A program made the translations under genes and the position numbers. Shown here piece by piece: positions 56,327-64,000 of a stretch of 64,000 bases of DNA. The notes below the pieces were generated by a model, which was not told the DNA's origin, searched no databases, and worked only from the letters and a program-made list of their open reading frames with translations. Location: positions 81,034,001 to 81,098,000 of the forward strand of contig OX597817.1 in the NCBI GenBank assembly GCA_951406725.2, given 5' to 3'. Numbering within the stretch: position 1 is the first letter of the stretch; the number at the start of each line of letters is the position of its first letter. Source of the DNA: Octopus vulgaris. Its lineage: Eukaryota.

Positions 56327-56901
56327 TATGCCCTGATGCAGTACCATGCCGTGATGCAGTACCAGGCAGTGGCTCTCATGGCTTCTGATCTTAACTGATT
56401 GGAAGTGTTATCATGTACATTGTTTTGTCTTCGTATAAAAGATGGGCTACAACAAATATTCTGCTCAATACCACAAATTTGCTTGTCAGTTGTTTAACCT
56501 TAACCAGTTGAGCATGTCCCTTAGTGGCTGACGATATGTGCATCTCTGATCACGAGCAGAAGTAGTGGGGGAGCATCATAGCCATGTGTTGAGAGGGATT
56601 CTTTGGGGTTTGAATAATTCACCTCTGGAAAGATGGGTGGTTCTTTCAACATCCTTAAACAACCTTTATTCAGGGACCTTTTGAGCGGGATGGGCTACTC
56701 AACCTGAAGAAAATTCTAACTGGGCCCCACCTGCAAGGTCATGTGCTGTTTATCTTGATATGAGATCACCATGTCGCGCACATATGGTTGTGATGCATGT
56801 GCCTGGTGTACCCTTATCAGACGGGTAGTCATGATGGGTATATTGGGCCTCGTATATTTTACCCCAGTGTCACTTTGATGGCATGAACTGCTCTCTCACT
56901 C
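56327..56901 (+). mobile_element. (TAA)n-embedded element E, longer copy
   Basis: No recognisable ORF; (TAA)n on both flanks; homolog at 38695-39016. Confidence 0.8.
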
Positions 56902-56974
<73 letters not shown>

Positions 56975-57459
56975 TAATACACGTACTTATCTCTCGTAAA
57001 CACGCGAGAGATAAGTACAGAACAAAATACCAAACGAAGATAACTCGCTCGTCAATTGTCGACTGTTTTACTACTCGCTATTTCGTACTTACTTTTAACG
57101 ACAAGATATGTGAACTTTATAAGACAGCAGCATCCAGAAATTTTTAAAATATAAATTTGTGGAGAGTTAGAAATTCGAACGAACAAACAACAACAAGGTG
57201 AACGTACAAAGTAAACACTCGACAAAGACAAACATTAGGGGCCAATAGGTCAAGGCGAATTGTAATGGGTAACGCCTGGAAGAAATTTTTAAAGGAAACA
57301 GAATAAAGAGAAGAGAAGAAAATAGTAAAAGAGAAAAATGTCGGGAGGCGAGAGAAATGACGTCCAGCTCGGTTAACTTCTTATGTATGTATGCATGTAT
57401 GTATGTATGTATGTATGTATGTATGTATGTATGTATGTATGTATAGCTAGCTAGCTAGC

Positions 57460-57553
<94 letters not shown>

Positions 57554-57554
57554 C

Positions 57555-57706
57555 GACAAACGTCTTTCAGTTTCAGTCAAGCAAATCTATTAACAAGGAT
57601 TTGATCCGCCCAGGAAGATATTTGCCCAAGGTGCCCTGCGGTGGAACTGAATCCAAAACCATTAAGATCACAAGGTTGATAAGTAAGCTTCTTAACCACA
57701 CAACCA
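57555..57706 (-). mobile_element. SINE family A, head fragment
   Basis: TTGCCCAAGGTGCC...GCTTCTTAACCACACA. Confidence 0.7.
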
Positions 57707-58058
57707 CTTACGCAGGACATCTTGCACAAAAAAACTTACATTCCTTTTTAAATGTGGGTTGGCCCATACCTATAAAGGAATTTTGGTAGATGGAAATTGT
57801 ATAGAAGCCTGTCAGTTGGTTTGTACCAGTAATTCAATAGGTACACTGTGACACGCTGATTCCGCCGGAGAATTAAGTTACGGGTACAAGTGTATGCAGA
57901 ATACTCAACCATTTTCACATTAATTCAGGATAAAGGAATTAGATTGATCGAACAACTGAATCCTCGTTGTTCAACGACAGAGTTTCAATTCATTATTATT
58001 TAGTTTCATTTCCGTTCATATTTTTCCTTCCTCTTCTCTCGCTCTCTCTCTCTCCCTC

Positions 58059-58099
<41 letters not shown>

Positions 58100-58322
58100 T
58101 AATCTATCTTTCTCAGTCTCTCCTTTTAACTTTGTTTTTGAAGTACTTTTATTCATTCTATGATATTAACGGCAACAGCAGCAGCAGCAACAGTAGTAGC
58201 AGTAGCAGCAGCAGTAATAGTATTAGTGGTAACAGTAGTAGTAGTCGCAGCAGCAACAACTGTACTATAGTAGCAGCAGCAGCGGCAGCAGCGGCGGCAG
58301 CAGCAGCAGCAGCAGCAGTAGC

Positions 58323-58390
<68 letters not shown>

Positions 58391-58874
58391 AAAAGATCCA
58401 GTAGTAGTAGTGGTGGTGGTGGTGGTGGTGGTGGTGGTAACAGCAGCAGAAGCAACAACAACAACAACAGCAGCAGGAGCAGGGTTATCAGTAATGCTGT
58501 TTGCGTTTGTTGTTCATTCTTCCTTAAGTGTATCCTTATACCACTTGACCGACCCCCATCAATTAATTCCTTCTGTTATTTAAATGTCAAAAATTGACCC
58601 TTCCCTCACCCCATCCCCCTCACCTAACAGGCTTTCATTTTACAATTACAACGTGGAAGACACATATTAGTCATTCAAAAACACAGAAAGGTTGTTAACT
58701 TCACTCAAACCTTCCTTATTTGGTGTTAAAATTTTCGTCGCCGCAACTATGATGAATATTTGGTCACTGACGCGATTTCACTGCAGCTATGACTCGTAGA
58801 CCACGTCAGTGACCAGGTTGCAGCTGGTACAACGAAAACTATGGCATCAAATATTTAAGAAATTAAGAAATATT

Positions 58875-59067
58875 GGTTTCAAATTTTGACACAAAGCCAA
58901 CGAATAATATCGATCCCCAGCGCTCAACTGGCACATTTTATTGACTGCGAAAGGATGAAAGGCAAAGTCGACCTCGGTGGAATTTGGACGCAGATCGTAA
59001 AGATGGGCGAAATGCTGGCTAAGTATTTTGACCGGCGTGCGAACGATTCTACCAGCTCGCCGCCTTA
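58875..59067 (-). mobile_element. SINE family B monomer
   Basis: AAGGATGAAAGGCAAAGTCGACCTCGG...CCAGCTCGCCGCCTT. Confidence 0.8.
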
Positions 59068-59245
59068 AGTAATTAAGAAATATTCAAATGAAGTTAATAG
59101 ACTTTGAGGGATTTTGAATAGCTAATGTCTATGTTCCACGCTGTTAATTGCTTTAGTTTCAAATCACGGTCTCCGATCAATTCGTTTACTCGGGAAGTAC
59201 ATCTCCGAAATGTATTGATGCGTCTCTCTCTTTCTCTATCTTTCT

Positions 59246-59322
<77 letters not shown>

Positions 59323-59364
59323 ATCTATCTATCTATCTATCTATCTCTATCTTTCTATCTTTTA

Positions 59365-59570
59365 TATTTGTTGCAGTCATTCGACTATGTCCATGCTGGG
59401 GCACGGCATTGAAGGGTTTTAGTCGAACGCATCGACCCCAGGACTTATTTTTTTAAAGCCTAGTACTTATTCAATTAGTCTATTTCACCGAACCGAAAAG
59501 TTACGGGGACAGAAGCACACCAAGACCGGTTGTCAAGTGGTCACAGAGAACTAACACAGACACAAAGAAG
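59365..59570 (-). mobile_element. SINE family A, 3' part
   Basis: CAGTCATTCGACT...ATCGACCCCAGGACTTATT. Confidence 0.78.
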
Positions 59571-59586
59571 TAGACACACATAGCAA

Positions 59587-59702
<116 letters not shown>

Positions 59703-59720
59703 ACATATATATATATATGT

Positions 59721-59761
<41 letters not shown>

Positions 59762-59766
59762 TATGT

Positions 59767-60107
59767 GTGAAGGCGCATGGCTCAGTGGTTAGAGCGTCGA
59801 GCTTACGATCGTGAGGTTGTGAGCTCGAATCCCGGACCGGGCTGCGTGTTGTGTTCTCGAGCAAGGCACTTTATTTCACGTTGCTCCAGTTCACTCAGCT
59901 GTAGAAATGAGTTGCGACGTCACTGGTGCCAAGCTGTATCGACCTTTGTCTTTCCCTTGGATAACACTGGTGGCGTGGAGAGGGGAGGCTGGTATGCATG
60001 GGCGACTGCTGGCCTTCCATAAAAACAACCTTGCCCAGACTTGTGTCTAGGAGGGTAACTTTCTAGGTGCAATCCCATGGTCATTCATGACCGAAGGGGG
60101 TCTTTAC
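59767..60107 (+). mobile_element. SINE family D (tRNA head, CORE-like body)
   Basis: A box TGGCTCAGTGG, B box GCTCGAATCC, then GAGCAAGGCACTTTATTTCACGTTGCTCCAGTTCACTCAGCTGTAGAAATG resembling the CORE domain. Confidence 0.85.
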
Positions 60108-60118
60108 ATATATATATA

Positions 60119-60175
<57 letters not shown>

Positions 60176-60176
<1 letters not shown>

Positions 60177-61063
60177 GATCTTTGTGGTTTTCGTCATTGT
60201 TTACAATTTTCTTTAAACAATTTCTTAATGTATCATATAGATGTAATTTTTGATGCTGAATCCGAAATTGTTATTCATTTATTCTTGAAAAATTTTGCAA
60301 GAAAATTACAGGTGTTTAGAGTTTGAACATTTTCAGCATTTTCAGCCAATCAGAAAACAGCGCGTTCGCTGCCTCTTCCATCATTAGGGGGGAGAGGCAG
60401 CGGAAAGTCAAAACATTGCTAGAAATAACAATCAAAACAGTAGTATTTATATATAAATATGAATGATAAGTCAAATTAATACACTTGTCAATGTTCACAT
60501 ACATTCATATACTTCCCTTGTACAGGCACACACATATACTCACACAGAGTTCAAATGCAGTTTAACTTTTCTTTTCAGCGTTGAATGTTCACCATCCCAC
60601 CAGTTTGCCATTGCCCCTTCCTTATTCATCTATCACCTCTTCCTTTCTCATTCATATGTTGTGACGGAGAAAAACACGAGTATTATTATAGAATAAGTCC
60701 CGGGGTCGAGTTGTTCGACTAAAAGGCAGTGCTCCAGCATGGCCGCAGTCAAATGACTGAAACAAGTAAAGGAGAAAGGAGTAGATTAAATTTTACGTAT
60801 CTCCTTCTCCTCGTGCGCATGCACAGCATCTTTGGTTACTATGGAAATAGATTTTTTCGCCACGGTGATGTGTGAACTACTCGCTTCTGATTAGCTAAAA
60901 TACCCAAATTTTGCAAATTTTAATGGCTAATAACTTTTTAATTATGGATTTATAGGGGGAATGAATTTCATTTTCATAATTAGTATACAAGACTTAATCC
61001 ATATACCAAATTTGAAAACAATTGAAACAAAATTGTAAACAGTGACGAAAACTACAAAGATCC
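60176..61063. mobile_element. Non-autonomous TIR DNA element, ~890 bp, with a nested SINE A tail
   Basis: 35-bp TIRs GGATCTTTGTGGTTTTCGTCATTGTTTACAATTTT / AAAATTGTAAACAGTGACGAAAACTACAAAGATCC (two mismatches). Confidence 0.8.
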
Positions 61064-61077
61064 AGAATATACGAAGT

Positions 61078-61235
61078 GCTTCTTTCGGTGTCTGTCTACC
61101 AAATCCACTCACAAGACTTTGGTCGACTTGAGGCTGTAGTAGAAGACACTTGCCGAAGGCGCCACGCAATGGAACTGAACCCGGAACCATGTGAGTGCAA
61201 AACAAGATTTTTACCACACAGTAACGGCTGCACCT
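61078..61235 (-). mobile_element. SINE family A, head half
   Basis: TCTACCAAATCCACTCACAAG...GAACCCGGAACCATG. Confidence 0.8.
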
Positions 61236-61242
61236 ATATGTA

Positions 61243-61438
61243 CGAAGGGGTGCTGAAAAGTTCCCGGTTTGGGGTTAATTATGATATTATTCAACATATT
61301 CCCCTCTCAGATTCACACACTTTTTGCAGTCGCCCTTCAGTTTTTTCTAAACCCTGTAAAAGAACTCGAAAAGAATTGGGCCTCCAGCCAAGCTTTTTAC
61401 AACACTCTTAAAGCCAGGAACTTTTCATCGCCCACTTG
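61243..61438. mobile_element. Mariner-type MITE family M
   Basis: TA|CGAAGGGGTGCTGAAAAGTTCC ... GGAACTTTTCATCGCCCACTTG|TA. Confidence 0.8.
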
Positions 61439-61863
61439 TACATGTGTGTGCTGTTGTTGTTGTTGTTGTTGTTGCTGCTGCTGTTGTATTTAACCCTGTT
61501 CAGTCTTCGTCTTGCAAACCTGTGATCACAGAAATCACAGACAAAATTAATCTTCCCGTCTTTTATCTTCCAAGGAATGGACACACTATCGAAATTGGTC
61601 TTTCATTTCTGCTGAAGGTAGAATGTAAGTTCAATGAGATTTGGCTGTTATTTCTAACAGATTCACTTACAATTCACTGGATACCGTGTTATATGACAAT
61701 TCTTCGTGTATGCTTGAATTTGTCTCTGATGGAATGTATGTGTATGTGTGTGTGCTTTTGTGTGTGAGTATATGTGTTTATGTGTGTGAGTGTGTGTGTT
61801 TGTGCGTGCGTGTGTATGTGTGTACATGTGTGTGTGTATGTGTGTTTGTGTGTGTGTGTGTAT

Positions 61864-61936
<73 letters not shown>

Positions 61937-62317
61937 TGAGGGAGAAAGTTTTTGAATGTCTGATGTATGGCGTGACTGTAGGCCACATGCAATTTCCCCT
62001 GTCCTCTGCTAAAAAAGTATGTGCGTGGTGGGAGAGAGCCTCTATATGAGTGTGTGTGTGTGTGTGTCTTTGTGTGTGTGTGTGTGTGTATGTTGGGGTG
62101 GGGGAAGAACAGGAAGTGTGTGTATACTGATGATCTAATGACAAAGATAGCAATGTTGCACATATTTAAAGTAAAATAAAATAATATACAGCGTGAATGA
62201 TATGACTGGAATCACACTGATAATGGAGAGATATGTGATATGGGATATTACTATATATTTATATACAGACACAAACACACACACGTGTGTGTGTGTGCGT
62301 GCATGTATGTGTGTGTA

Positions 62318-62510
62318 TTCTTTCACTTGTTTCAGCCATGCTAGAGTACCGCCTTAAAGGATGTTTTAGTCGAAGAAATTGACCCCAGGAGTTATTCTTT
62401 TTTAAAGCGTAGTACTTAGTCTATCGTTCTCTTTTGCCGAACCGCTAAGTTATGGAGAAGTAAACACACCAGCATTGTTTGTCAAGCGCTAGTGGGGCGA
62501 CAGACACAAA
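62318..62510 (-). mobile_element. SINE family A, 3' part
   Basis: TTGCCGAACCGCTAAGTTA...GTAAACACACC. Confidence 0.78.
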
Positions 62511-62527
62511 GGCACATACGCAAATAT

Positions 62528-62598
<71 letters not shown>

Positions 62599-63494
62599 TC
62601 TGATAAATTCCTCTATTTACATAATATCGAGGTCTCTTTCATTCTTTTGTTGTCTTACCACTTCTATCAATATATATATATATAATAACAAAATTATATA
62701 TAAACATATGCATATATACATACATATATGTACATACCTACATCTATATGTATATATACATGCATATATGGGTACAGGACACCAAAAAAACGTTGAACAC
62801 AATGAGAAACGAAAACATAAAAACAAAAACATGGAAACGGATTTTTTTTTCAAACGAAAAAACAGAGTACAAGACATACAACACAAGGAATATTCCCCTT
62901 CTTCAGTTGTCCCTGTTTCGGCTACTCCACGTCGAAGGTATGAACAAGACGCGACTTAGTTGAAACAATCCTTCCCGCAAAACAAATTAAATAAAATTTG
63001 GGATTTTTGCGGAGGGGTAAAAGTGGTAACAAGAACAGGACACTAAAAACAAAACAAGACAGTAAAACTAATACAAATAAAAACAGTAAAAGACAGGACG
63101 GGGAGAATAACACAGTAAAAACAAACGATGAGAGTTGTTAAGCCGAGACGATGGAAACATTATTTTGAACGCATTGAGAAAACAGCTTATGAGAAGGATA
63201 GGATAAGCCGTATTGACTTCTTGAAGATAGCAGTCGGAAAGAAAGATTCCATCTGGTCACGTGTCAGTGACGAGAGGGAGGAGAAGGAGGAGGAGGAGTA
63301 AGAGAGAGGGAACGGTGAAAGGGAGAGGAGAAGAATAGGAAAGGGTGGGAGAAAAAACCAGAAAGGATGAAGAACAAGAGAGGGAGAGAGACAGACAGAA
63401 GAGAAAAAGTAAATTTAAGAGTGTGCATCGTAATTATTAACATAAAACTTACTTGGAAGTGGATGCGTGGTGATCGATTTATATACATGATGGT

Positions 63495-63632
63495 CTTCCA
63501 GTTTCCGTCAACCAAATCCACTCACAAGAGTTTGGTCGGCCCGAGGCTATACTAGATGACACATGCCCACGGTGCCACGCAGTGAGATTGAACTCGGAAC
63601 CATGTCGTTGGCAAGCAAGCTTCTTACCACAA
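63495..63632 (-). mobile_element. SINE family A, head half
   Basis: CAGTTTCCGTC.ACCAAATCCACTCACAAG...GCAAGCTTCTTACCAC. Confidence 0.8.
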
Positions 63633-63701
63633 ATTATACACACATACACACACATAAACAAATACATATGTGTTTGTAAGTATGCATGTAAGTATGTGTG
63701 T

Positions 63702-63743
<42 letters not shown>

Positions 63744-63895
63744 GTGTGTGTGTGTGATGATGAAAACAGGAAAAATAGAACTCAAAATATGAGTATAGTA
63801 TACGGACCTTGAGCGACAGAGTATCTCAAGGTCCCAGAGTTTCGTGCGTTGGCACTTATCAATATATATATATTTAGTATTATCGAATTATATCA

Positions 63896-63926
<31 letters not shown>

Positions 63927-64000
63927 CATGTATGTATGTATGTATGTATGTATGTATGTATGTATGTATGTATGTATGTATGTATGTATGTATGTATGTA

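Noticed and set aside
62600-63480. Probable Penelope-like fragments (also ~21375-21535 and ~32140-32300)
   Set aside because: Context is suggestive, but no complete ribozyme or clear GIY-YIG/RT motif could be read.
63804-63834. 10-bp stem hairpin GGACCTTGAG/CTCAAGGTCC
   Set aside because: Short enough to occur by chance in 64 kb; no supporting context.

Overview
AT-rich eukaryotic, apparently intronic/intergenic DNA dominated by microsatellites ((TA)n, (CA)n, (GATA)n, (TATG)n, (TAA)n, (GAA)n, CT-tracts) and interspersed repeats. The repeat types and density resemble a coleoid cephalopod (Octopus-like) genome; this is an inference, not a database result. Almost all listed ORFs are microsatellite artefacts, and I found no intact protein-coding gene. 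Recognisable content: four tRNA-derived SINE families (one as multimers), decayed Tc1/mariner elements (DD37D, mariner, rosa-like) and MITEs, two non-autonomous Helitrons, and 3' fragments of Tx1, R4/Dong, RTE and CR1 LINEs. Two weak candidates for host-gene first exons lie near 35.8 kb and 43.4 kb. The most notable signals are: (1) a Tx1-clade LINE whose four copies all sit in (GATA)n; (2) six hammerhead-ribozyme-like motifs, five in short Penelope-like inserts in or beside (TA)n and one fused behind a tRNA-like Pol III head; (3) an apparent partitioning of microsatellite classes among retroelement clades; (4) a 320-bp near-perfect palindrome and a pre-miRNA-sized hairpin. Coordinates of degenerate repeats are approximate.
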